NCBI GenBank assembly: GCA_964521285.1
Contig: CAZFQS010000014.1
Coordinates: 8,961-72,960 of the forward strand
Source of the DNA: an uncultured Bacteroidales bacterium
GTDB taxonomy: Bacteria; Bacteroidota; Bacteroidia; Bacteroidales; UBA10428
Length of the DNA stretch: 64,000 nucleotides
Reading direction: 5' to 3'
Part shown: one piece after another, positions 56,306 to 64,000 of the stretch
How the letters are laid out: each line of letters begins with the position of its first letter
Numbering within the stretch: position 1 is the stretch's first letter
Made by a program: the position numbers and the translations under genes
Notes under the pieces: model-generated
What the model saw: the letters and a program-made list of their open reading frames with translations, nothing else
What the model was told of the DNA's origin: nothing
Database searches by the model: none

Positions 56306-56776
56306 ATGAATAAAACAAAGAGAATTGCATTAGTAGCACATGATAACAGAAAAAGAGATCTTATAGAATGGGTGGAATGGAACAGGGAGATATTGTTACA
56401 GCACAATTTAACCTGTACCGGTACAACAGGAAAATTAGTTGAAAAAGTATTGAAACAGGATTTCTCCGGAACAAAAACGAACGATCTGGTTATAAATATT
56501 CTTAAATCCGGCCCGCTGGGAGGTGATCAGCAACTTGGGGCTTTAATTGCAGAAGGTAAAATTGATATAATGGTGTTTCTATGGGACCCTATGCAGCCAC
56601 AACCGCATGATGTCGATGTCAAAGCTCTGCTGAGAATTACTGTTCTGTATAATATTCCTACCGCATGTAACAGGTCAACTGCTGATTTTTTAATTTCATC
56701 GGAATTAATGAAATCAGATTACAAACCAGTAATAAAAGATTATTCCAAGTATATTCAACGGGAAATAAATTTCTAA
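56306..56776 (+). CDS. mgsA: Methylglyoxal synthase
   Basis: IALVAHDNRK, TGTTG and the PQPHDVDVKALLR motifs. Confidence 0.9.
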   Translation: MNKTKRIALVAHDNRKRDLIEWVEWNREILLQHNLTCTGTTGKLVEKVLKQDFSGTKTNDLVINILKSGPLGGDQQLGALIAEGKIDIMVFLWDPMQPQPHDVDVKALLRITVLYNIPTACNRSTADFLISSELMKSDYKPVIKDYSKYIQREINF

Positions 56777-56928
56777 ATTAATGACTTATCTCACCATAAA
56801 TGGGTAAGCGATATCATTTAAAATTCAAGAATACTTATAGAGAATTATAGTAAATTGGGTCTTTAATTTTTGGTTCACAGCCGGATTAAAGAAATAAAAC
56901 CTAAACCAATTTCAATTTATTTCAAATC

Positions 56929-58299
56929 ATGTTTTTTATTGTATCATTTTTAACTGCGGTTTTATTTATTCTTTTATCATACAAAGTTCTTTTAGGTAAG
57001 AACATGATAAATAAAAGACCTCCGGTTAAGAATAACAATCAGGATTCTGTAAAAAATGGTATAAGGGCTGACTATGAAAGGCTTTTGAAAATAAATAAAG
57101 ATCTTGGAAATAGTCTGCAGAAACTTAAGAAGGCTAAAGATAAGGCTATGGAAAATGACCGGTTGAAATCGGTCTTTTTAGCTAATATGAGTCATGAAAT
57201 AAGGACTCCGATGAATGCTATACTGGGATTTTCAAATTTGTTACTTAAAGAAAATATATCAGATGAAAATAAAAAAGAATTTGCAAGATTAATTATTGAA
57301 AATGGGAACGACCTTTTAAATCTTATAAATGACATAATTGATATTTCCAAGATTGAAGCAGAGCAACTGAAAATTAACATTACAAAATGCAATCTGACTG
57401 AATTAATGAAAGATATATACTTATATTATAATGATTTAATAATACATAGTAAAAAGCATAAACCTGAGGTTGAGTTAAAACTTGTTTACAATCAGAAAAG
57501 AGAAAATACATATATACTTACTGATCCTCACAGATTAAGACAAATTCTGTCAAACTTAATCAACAACGCAATTAAATTTACATATGAGGGTAAAATAGAA
57601 TTCGGATTTAAAAATTCTAATAGCAATAAAATTAAATTCTTCGTTAAGGATACCGGTATTGGTATTGCAAGGGATAAGTTAAATTCTATTTTTGAAAGAT
57701 TTAACCAGGTTGAAGATCCTTATACCAAGAAATATAATGGTTCCGGCCTGGGATTATCTATAGCAAAACAACTTGTGGAGTTGCTGGGGGGAGATATTTG
57801 GGTTGCGTCAAAGGAAGGAACAGGATCATCATTCTACTTTACCATACCCTCCGGATTTAACGCTAATGAAGAACTGTCAGATAATGATACAAGTGATGGA
57901 TCCTCACATGTTTATAACTGGAAAAACAAGGTTATCCTGATAGCTGAAGATGAAAAGACGAACTTTATTTATCTCAAAACTATTTTGAGTAAATCAAATG
58001 CAAGAATATATTGGGCTGTTGATGGGTCTTCAGCAGTTGAGCTATGTAAGAGAAAAAATATAGATCTTGTTCTGATGGACATTAAAATGAAGGGTATGAG
58101 CGGATATGAGGCCACTCAAAAAATAAAATCTATCTATCCTGATATGCCTGTTATTGCTCAGACCGCTTATGCAATGTCCGATGATATTGAAAGGCTAATG
58201 AAAGCAGGCTGCGATGACTATATTACAAAACCTATAAAAGGCAGCGAATTACTTCCCTTAATTAATAAAAACTTTCAAAAGATCAGTAGCACAGTGTAA
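56929..58299 (+). CDS. Hybrid sensor histidine kinase/response regulator (single N-terminal TM)
   Basis: H-box SHEIRTPMNAI, GSGLGLSI G-box and a C-terminal receiver (LMDIKMKGMSG..KP). Confidence 0.9.
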   Translation: MFFIVSFLTAVLFILLSYKVLLGKNMINKRPPVKNNNQDSVKNGIRADYERLLKINKDLGNSLQKLKKAKDKAMENDRLKSVFLANMSHEIRTPMNAILGFSNLLLKENISDENKKEFARLIIENGNDLLNLINDIIDISKIEAEQLKINITKCNLTELMKDIYLYYNDLIIHSKKHKPEVELKLVYNQKRENTYILTDPHRLRQILSNLINNAIKFTYEGKIEFGFKNSNSNKIKFFVKDTGIGIARDKLNSIFERFNQVEDPYTKKYNGSGLGLSIAKQLVELLGGDIWVASKEGTGSSFYFTIPSGFNANEELSDNDTSDGSSHVYNWKNKVILIAEDEKTNFIYLKTILSKSNARIYWAVDGSSAVELCKRKNIDLVLMDIKMKGMSGYEATQKIKSIYPDMPVIAQTAYAMSDDIERLMKAGCDDYITKPIKGSELLPLINKNFQKISSTV

Positions 58300-58424
58300 T
58301 AATATGTAACATTATTACCTAAAAATTAATCTGATATTATTTAACTTCATACAATAATACAATCAGCCTTAATAATACTTAATTTTCACAAAGGTTATTA
58401 TATCCTGTTTACTCAGATTAACAA

Positions 58425-59099
58425 ATGCATAAATCAGGCAAATCAATAAATGAAGCTGAGGAACTTCAAATAAGATTATCTGAAAAGCTTGTAATAAGGG
58501 GGAGGCCACATAAAATTAATTATATAGCGGCTGCTGATGTTGCATATATTAATGATACCAATATTTCACTTTGTGTCATCGTTATTTTTAGTTATCCGGA
58601 ACTTGAATTACTGAACATTATCAATCATCATAATAAAACAAGCTACCCATATATTCCCGGATTGCTTTATTTTAGGGAGGGACCTGTAATTTTAGAAACC
58701 TTTAAAAAACTGAAAATTCAACCGGACATAGTTATTTTTGATGGTCATGGAATTGCCCATCCGAGAAGATTTGGACTGGCCTCACATGTTGGATTATTGC
58801 TTAATATACCGTCAATAGGATGTGCAAAATCAATTCTTTACGGCTGCTATGAAGAACCCGGGGGAAAAAGAGGTTCAAAAACTCTATTATACAACGATCA
58901 ACACAAACCAGTCGGTATAGTGTTAAGAAGCAGGGAAAATGTCAAACCTGTTTTCATTTCTCCCGGCCATCTGGTAGGAATCCATGAATCAGCTGAAATT
59001 ATAATGAATTGTCTGACCAGGTACAGAATTCCTGAACCATTGAGACTCGCAGATATTGAAGTAAGAAGATTTAAGAAAAAGTTATTAGCGGACTTTTAA
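58425..59099 (+). CDS. nfi: Endonuclease V
   Basis: Motifs AAADVAY, YIPGLLYFREGP and DGHGIAHPRRFGLASH. Confidence 0.9.
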   Translation: MHKSGKSINEAEELQIRLSEKLVIRGRPHKINYIAAADVAYINDTNISLCVIVIFSYPELELLNIINHHNKTSYPYIPGLLYFREGPVILETFKKLKIQPDIVIFDGHGIAHPRRFGLASHVGLLLNIPSIGCAKSILYGCYEEPGGKRGSKTLLYNDQHKPVGIVLRSRENVKPVFISPGHLVGIHESAEIIMNCLTRYRIPEPLRLADIEVRRFKKKLLADF

Positions 59100-59185
59100 A
59101 CCAAATTGAGTTAAACTTATATGATCTTCTATGCAAAATCAAAGGATTTCCATATATTTATATATAATATTCTGATTGACATTAT

Positions 59186-61084
59186 ATGCAGTTATTTTCT
59201 ATACTAAACATATCTTTTAATTTCGATTACCTTCCCTTATTTATTATTGCTGCGCTTGCCTGGTCAATTCCAATGTTAAAATCTCTGGCCAGACTGACTA
59301 AAATCCCTAACCCCGTGCTTGAATTAGTGCTGGGGTTTGTTATTGCCAGGCCCTTATTGAATAATTTTTCTGTTGAAAGCATAAGAATTCTTGAATTTCT
59401 TGCCTTAACAGGATTTATTTTTCTGATGTTTTTAACCGGACTGGAGATAGATGTAAATAAGATTCTAGATTCAATGTCATTAAAGAGAATGTCATTATCA
59501 CGATTTAAAAAGAATTCTTTTCTTATGGGGATATTAATATTTCTTATAACAATATCTTTGTCTCTGATATTGACATTTGTCATATCTCAACTGATTGATA
59601 TAAAAAGCATATGGTATTTTTCACTTATAATGGTTACATCTTCCGTAGGCATAATACTACCGGTTCTGAAGAGCAGGGAAGAAATAAATACTGAATATGG
59701 CCAGATGATTATCTCAGCTGCGGCAATAGCTGATATTATAAGCATCATATTGTTTACTCTTTCTGCCTTCATTATAAAAAAAGGATTTAAGACAGAAATC
59801 TTGCTCATAATTGCCCTTTTTATTCTGTTTTATATATTTTACAGGATCGGCCTGCGCTTAAAGGATATTAAGTTTTTCAAGAGGGTAACATATCAGTTGG
59901 CACATGCAGATTTGCAAATAAGAATAAGGGGAACAATATTTCTTATTTTAATTTTTATTGTAAGTTCACAATTTATTGATAAAGAGACAATTTTGTTAGG
60001 CGCTTTTCTCGCAGGCTTGCTCCTTTCAGTTTTTTTATATAAAACCCGGTCTCTTCTGCTAATTAAACTCGACGGTATGGGCTACGGGTTTTTTATTCCC
60101 ATATTTTTTATAGTGGTAGGAGCACAGTTTAATGCTTCTGATTTGAAAGAACTGGATAATTCGTTAATTCCATTTTTAGGTCTCTTACTGGGAGCTCTTT
60201 ATCTGGTTAAAATTATTCCTTCCTTCATATGGTATAAGTATGGAATAAGAAAGGTATTTGCTGGCGGTATTCTCCTTGCTTCAAGGTTGAGTTTAATAAT
60301 TGCGGCATCAAAAATTGGTCTTGATCTCGGCATTATAACACCTGGTATAAATTCATGTTTTATTTTAATGGCTGTGATAACATGCCTGTTTTCTCCGACA
60401 CTTTACAATATGATAAATCCAAGGAGTATCTTTGATATAGGAAAAACTATTGTCGTTGGAGGCAGCAGTACAGGTGTTCTTCTTTTAAGGAGACTTAAAA
60501 TGCATGCCAGGGCCGGGATAATAATAGAAAAGAATAAAAAGCGATACACTGAAATACTTGCCAAGGGACTTGAGGCAGTTCATGGCGATGGAATGGACCC
60601 GTCGATTTATAAAGAAGTAAAGTTGTCACCCTCCAACTATGTCGTTGTGTTAACTGATTCTGATCAGGACAATATTAAAATATCCCGTCTTCTCCGTGAA
60701 GAATTCGGGCATGAAAAGATCATTTCAAGATCAGGGACTTCAAAAATTGAACTGGAATTATTACGCCTGGGTGTTGATCTGATCGATACATCCAGGATTA
60801 TAGCTACTACTGTTGAAAACCTGATTCTGAGGCCAACAACTTATCAGGCACTTGTCGAAACATTTGAAAGTTTTACCGTTGAAGAAATAACTGTTACAAA
60901 CAAGAAAATTGACAGACTTAAAGTTCAGGAAATACCCTTTCATAATGATGGTTTTCTTATGTTAATAAAAAGAGGCAAGGAAATGCATGTGCCTCATGGA
61001 GATACTAATATCAGACTGGAAGATAATGTTATCGTTTTCGGCACAAACAGGGCAGTACAAGACTTCAGGGAAAAGTTAACCTGA
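59186..61084 (+). CDS. Cation:proton antiporter (CPA2/Kef-like) with C-terminal RCK (TrkA-N/TrkA-C) domains
   Basis: About 12 TM helices, then VVGGSSTG Rossmann-like and C-terminal TrkA-C-like regions. Confidence 0.8.
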   Translation: MQLFSILNISFNFDYLPLFIIAALAWSIPMLKSLARLTKIPNPVLELVLGFVIARPLLNNFSVESIRILEFLALTGFIFLMFLTGLEIDVNKILDSMSLKRMSLSRFKKNSFLMGILIFLITISLSLILTFVISQLIDIKSIWYFSLIMVTSSVGIILPVLKSREEINTEYGQMIISAAAIADIISIILFTLSAFIIKKGFKTEILLIIALFILFYIFYRIGLRLKDIKFFKRVTYQLAHADLQIRIRGTIFLILIFIVSSQFIDKETILLGAFLAGLLLSVFLYKTRSLLLIKLDGMGYGFFIPIFFIVVGAQFNASDLKELDNSLIPFLGLLLGALYLVKIIPSFIWYKYGIRKVFAGGILLASRLSLIIAASKIGLDLGIITPGINSCFILMAVITCLFSPTLYNMINPRSIFDIGKTIVVGGSSTGVLLLRRLKMHARAGIIIEKNKKRYTEILAKGLEAVHGDGMDPSIYKEVKLSPSNYVVVLTDSDQDNIKISRLLREEFGHEKIISRSGTSKIELELLRLGVDLIDTSRIIATTVENLILRPTTYQALVETFESFTVEEITVTNKKIDRLKVQEIPFHNDGFLMLIKRGKEMHVPHGDTNIRLEDNVIVFGTNRAVQDFREKLT

Positions 61085-61085
61085 T

Positions 61086-61781
61086 TTAACCAAATTCACA
61101 AATCTGTTTTAATCTCTTATAATCTACTATTTCAATAATTTTCCCGTTTATTGTTATAATGTTATCCTTTCTGAATTCAGAAAGTGTACGTATTACATTT
61201 TCAGTAGTCATTTCAATAAATTCACCGATTTCCTTCCTTGATACAGGTAATTCAAAAATATTGCTCTTATAGATATACTCTGCAAAATATATTAATACAT
61301 ATGCAATTCTGCCACGTAAATTTCTTTTACTTATATTAATACTGGTGTCTATAAGGTCATCGGAATTCTTACTCATATTTTTGAGCAAATTGAGGGCAAA
61401 CTTACCATTACTATTTACGAAGTTTTTTATTAGAGACAGGTTTATATAACAGACAGTGGAATCTTCTAATGCAGACACCGAATATTTATAATGTGTGTCT
61501 GAAAAAACTGATAACATACTCACAAAATCAAAGGGCCTGGCGATTTTAATAATTTGATCCCTGCTATATTCAACTTTCTTAAATATTTTAACCAGACCGC
61601 TTTTAAGATACATAAACTCTTTTATTTCTTCTCCCTCTTCACATATTAGCTCACCTTTTAAAAAGGACTCCTCATGCTTTGAATTGCATACATTTTTTAG
61701 TTCTTCGTCTTCCACATTGTTAAAGAACAAAGGTCGCAATATGCACTCCCTGCAATCACATATTGTAACTTCCTGGTTCAT
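61086..61781 (-). CDS. FNR-type Crp/Fnr family transcriptional regulator with putative Fe-S cysteines
   Basis: N-terminal C8-x-C10-xx-C13 plus C111 in ALEDSTVCYI (compare E. coli FNR ALETSMVCEI). HTH TTENVIRTLSEFRK (compare TVETISRLLGRFQK). Confidence 0.8.
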   Translation of the reverse strand: MNQEVTICDCRECILRPLFFNNVEDEELKNVCNSKHEESFLKGELICEEGEEIKEFMYLKSGLVKIFKKVEYSRDQIIKIARPFDFVSMLSVFSDTHYKYSVSALEDSTVCYINLSLIKNFVNSNGKFALNLLKNMSKNSDDLIDTSINISKRNLRGRIAYVLIYFAEYIYKSNIFELPVSRKEIGEFIEMTTENVIRTLSEFRKDNIITINGKIIEIVDYKRLKQICEFG

Positions 61782-61803
61782 GAATTAATTTGTATTAATG
61801 TTT

Positions 61804-61819
61804 TATGATATATATCATA
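61804..61819. promoter_or_regulatory. 16-bp perfect palindrome TATGATATATATCATA (FNR-like box ATGAT-N4-ATCAT)
   Basis: Self-complementary by direct reading. 23 nt upstream of the regulator start and 133 nt upstream of the divergent SQR-like gene. Confidence 0.55.
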
Positions 61820-61821
61820 AC

Positions 61822-61835
61822 ATGATATTTATCAT
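61822..61835. promoter_or_regulatory. Second FNR-like box ATGAT-ATTT-ATCAT
   Basis: Same half-sites as box 1, centred 17 bp away. Confidence 0.5.
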
Positions 61836-61951
61836 ATAAGTTATTTGAACTTATACCAATTAATAAGTGTTTATTTGTTAAAACTTATACAAATAAAACA
61901 GATTTTTAATCATGTTGTTTATAAACTTAATTCAAAAATATAAAAATTGAT

Positions 61952-63181
61952 ATGAAGAAGCTAATTATTATTGGATCAGGAACCGGAGGGACAATAATGG
62001 CAAACAAACTGAGAAAGTCATTGGATATAGCCGAGTGGGAAATTACTGTTATTGATAAAGAAAAAGTCCATTACTATCAGCCTGGATTTTTGTTTATTCC
62101 TTTCGGGTTCTACAAAAAAGAAGATGTCATCAAACCTAAGTATGATTTTATACCTGCAGGAGTAAATATTGTCTTTTCTGATGTTGACAGGATAAATGGT
62201 GAAAAAAGTGAAGTGATTCTTAAGGATGGCGTGGTCTTAAAATATGATTATCTGATTATAGCCACAGGGGCAAGGATAGTACCTGAAGAAACCCCGGGGT
62301 TAAAAGACGGTCTCTGGTATAGGAATATTTTTGATTTCTATACTATTGACGGAGCAGTAGCTTTAGGGAATTTTTTTAAGACTTGGGATGGAGGTGATTT
62401 GGTTATAAATATAGCTGAAATGCCTATTAAATGTCCTGTAGCACCTCTTGAATTTGTTATGTTTGCCGATGCTTTTTTTACAGAAAGAGGAATGCGTGAT
62501 AAAGTTAAAATTAAGTTTGTTACTCCGCTTTCCGGTGCTTTCACCCGGCCCAGAGCCTCAGAAATCCTGGGCAATATGCTGGATAAAAAGAATATTGAAA
62601 TTATTCCTGATTTTAGTATAGCAGAGGTTGATAATAGTAAAAAAGTAATCAGAGATTTTGCTGATAATGAAGTAAGTTTCGGTTGTCTGGTAACCATCCC
62701 TGTTCATATGGGCGATGAGATGATTGACCGAAGCGGATTAGGTGATGATTTGAGTTTCATTCCAACGGATAAACACACACTTCAGTCCAAAGCTTTTGAT
62801 AATATATTTGTTTTAGGTGATGCTTCTGATATTCCCACTTCAAAAGCAGGATCAGTTGTTCACTTTTCTTCTGACGTGTTACATGAAAATATAATCTGTG
62901 CCATAGAGGACAGGCCTTTCACTGCAAAGTATGACGGGCATTCAAACTGCTATATCGAGACAGGACACTGTAAAGGGGCACTAATTGATTTTAATTACGA
63001 GACTGAACCCTTACCAGGTTATTTCCCTTTCCCGGGTATAGGACCGTTTGGATTGTTAAAGGAGACGAGAATTAATCATTACGGCAAATTGCTTTTCAGA
63101 TGGATATACTGGCATATTCTTTTAAGAGGAAAAGAATTGCCCATTAGCACTGAAATGTCAATGGCCGGCAAATATCTGTAA
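61952..63181 (+). CDS. FAD-dependent pyridine nucleotide-disulfide oxidoreductase, sulfide:quinone oxidoreductase-like
   Basis: N-terminal IIIGSGTGG dinucleotide fold. Candidate redox cysteines in IKCPVAPLEF and SNCYIETGHC. VLGDASDIPTSKAG second FAD motif. Confidence 0.7.
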   Translation: MKKLIIIGSGTGGTIMANKLRKSLDIAEWEITVIDKEKVHYYQPGFLFIPFGFYKKEDVIKPKYDFIPAGVNIVFSDVDRINGEKSEVILKDGVVLKYDYLIIATGARIVPEETPGLKDGLWYRNIFDFYTIDGAVALGNFFKTWDGGDLVINIAEMPIKCPVAPLEFVMFADAFFTERGMRDKVKIKFVTPLSGAFTRPRASEILGNMLDKKNIEIIPDFSIAEVDNSKKVIRDFADNEVSFGCLVTIPVHMGDEMIDRSGLGDDLSFIPTDKHTLQSKAFDNIFVLGDASDIPTSKAGSVVHFSSDVLHENIICAIEDRPFTAKYDGHSNCYIETGHCKGALIDFNYETEPLPGYFPFPGIGPFGLLKETRINHYGKLLFRWIYWHILLRGKELPISTEMSMAGKYL

Positions 63182-63183
63182 TC

Positions 63184-63894
63184 ATGAAAGAAACTGCTGT
63201 AATTGATGCAAATCTGGAAGATCAGATACAAGTATTAAACGGTAAACTGGATGTTATACTTGAGGAGCTTAATTTCCAGAGGAACCGAAGAGAACAGGTT
63301 GAGGATTTAGTCAAGGATGTTTCATTAGTCGGAAAAGACTTGTTTGAAACAACTGTTAACAGGCTTGATAAAGCCGGAATTGAAATTAACGGATATGATC
63401 TTGAGAAGCTGGTTTTAAAAATAGCCAGGAACATAAGTACATTCAATATGTTGCTTGATTCTCTCGAGAGCGGGAATGATCTTATTAAAGATTTGTCTCC
63501 CGTTATCAGGCAGATAGGATTGGATTTAATTAATATGCTTCACAACCTGGAGGAAAAGGGTTACTTCATATTTTTCAGGGAACTGCTTAATATTTTAGAT
63601 AAAATAGTAACACATTTCACAATTGATGATTTAAAGGCACTTGCAGATAATGTTGTAACCATACTTGAAACGATAAAAAATCTCACCCAGCCGGATATGC
63701 TAAAAGCAGTTAACAATGCTATAGCTATATATAAGAATTTAGATACGGAGAATATGAAAGAAATATCTATGTTAAAAGCTTTAAGAATGATGAATTCAAA
63801 AGATGGAAAGCGGGCTCTGGGATTTATAATGACATTTTTAATAAACGTGGCAAAAAATACAGAACAAAATAAATCAAATATTAACCAAAAATAA
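63184..63894 (+). CDS. Helical hypothetical protein, possibly DUF1641 family
   Basis: 236 aa, no cysteines, helical and acidic. Starts 2 nt after the flavoprotein stop. The family assignment is from memory of the synteny and was not verified. Confidence 0.4.
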   Translation: MKETAVIDANLEDQIQVLNGKLDVILEELNFQRNRREQVEDLVKDVSLVGKDLFETTVNRLDKAGIEINGYDLEKLVLKIARNISTFNMLLDSLESGNDLIKDLSPVIRQIGLDLINMLHNLEEKGYFIFFRELLNILDKIVTHFTIDDLKALADNVVTILETIKNLTQPDMLKAVNNAIAIYKNLDTENMKEISMLKALRMMNSKDGKRALGFIMTFLINVAKNTEQNKSNINQK

Positions 63895-63902
63895 TAATGA
63901 CT

Positions 63903-64000
63903 ATGGCAACAAAAACTATTGATGGACATCAGGTAGAAATGAATGATGAAGGTTACATGCTTAATCCTGATCAATGGAATAGAAATATTGCAATTGGAAT
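63903..64000 (+). CDS. TusE/DsrC-family sulfur-relay protein (5' fragment, truncated by window end)
   Basis: MATKTIDGHQVEMNDEGYMLNPDQWNRNIAIG resembles the DsrC/TusE N-terminus (..DEEGFLxxxxxWxxxxA). Confidence 0.55.
   Translation, partial: MATKTIDGHQVEMNDEGYMLNPDQWNRNIAIG

Noticed and set aside
63561-63974. 137-aa minus-strand ORF spanning the helical-protein / DsrC-like junction
   Set aside because: It is antisense to two tightly coupled plus-strand ORFs and has no motif support.

Overview
AT-rich, tightly packed chromosomal segment. It most likely comes from an anaerobic Bacteroidota-like bacterium: gldF/gldG, the lpxB-surE block, few Shine-Dalgarno sequences and TAnnTTTG-type -7 motifs all fit. 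I saw no rRNA, tRNA, CRISPR array, transposase or integrase. The first ~28 kb is an energy-metabolism island with four parts. (1) A 17-gene same-strand operon (35-12568) joins an AsrA/AsrB-like NAD(P)H/FAD diaphorase pair and a HycB-like ferredoxin to a complete Mrp-coupled group-4 membrane-bound [NiFe] hydrogenase and its maturation protease. (2) An orphan duplicated zinc-ribbon protein follows. (3) Next is a HoxE-less hoxFUYHW group-3d NAD-linked [NiFe] hydrogenase. (4) An ADP-forming acyl-CoA synthetase, an aminotransferase and a four-subunit 2-oxoacid:ferredoxin oxidoreductase complete the island. The rest is mostly housekeeping: nadD, gmk, yicC, pyk, dnaN, gldFG, lpxB, surE, pheT, mgsA, nfi. 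It also holds two hybrid sensor kinases. The window ends with an FNR-type regulator divergent from an SQR-like flavoprotein/helical protein/DsrC-TusE-like sulfur module. The main candidate for a new system is the NAD(P)H-module plus Mbh/Mrp hydrogenase operon. Non-coding signals include a family of 8-bp (CAATAGAG)n tandem arrays at three gene 3' ends, two of which bracket the hox segment. Others are twin FNR-like palindromes (ATGAT-N4-ATCAT) with two more copies elsewhere, phased TTTAnCCC motifs upstream of hox and the acyl-CoA synthetase, and an intrinsic-terminator-like hairpin inside a divergent promoter region.
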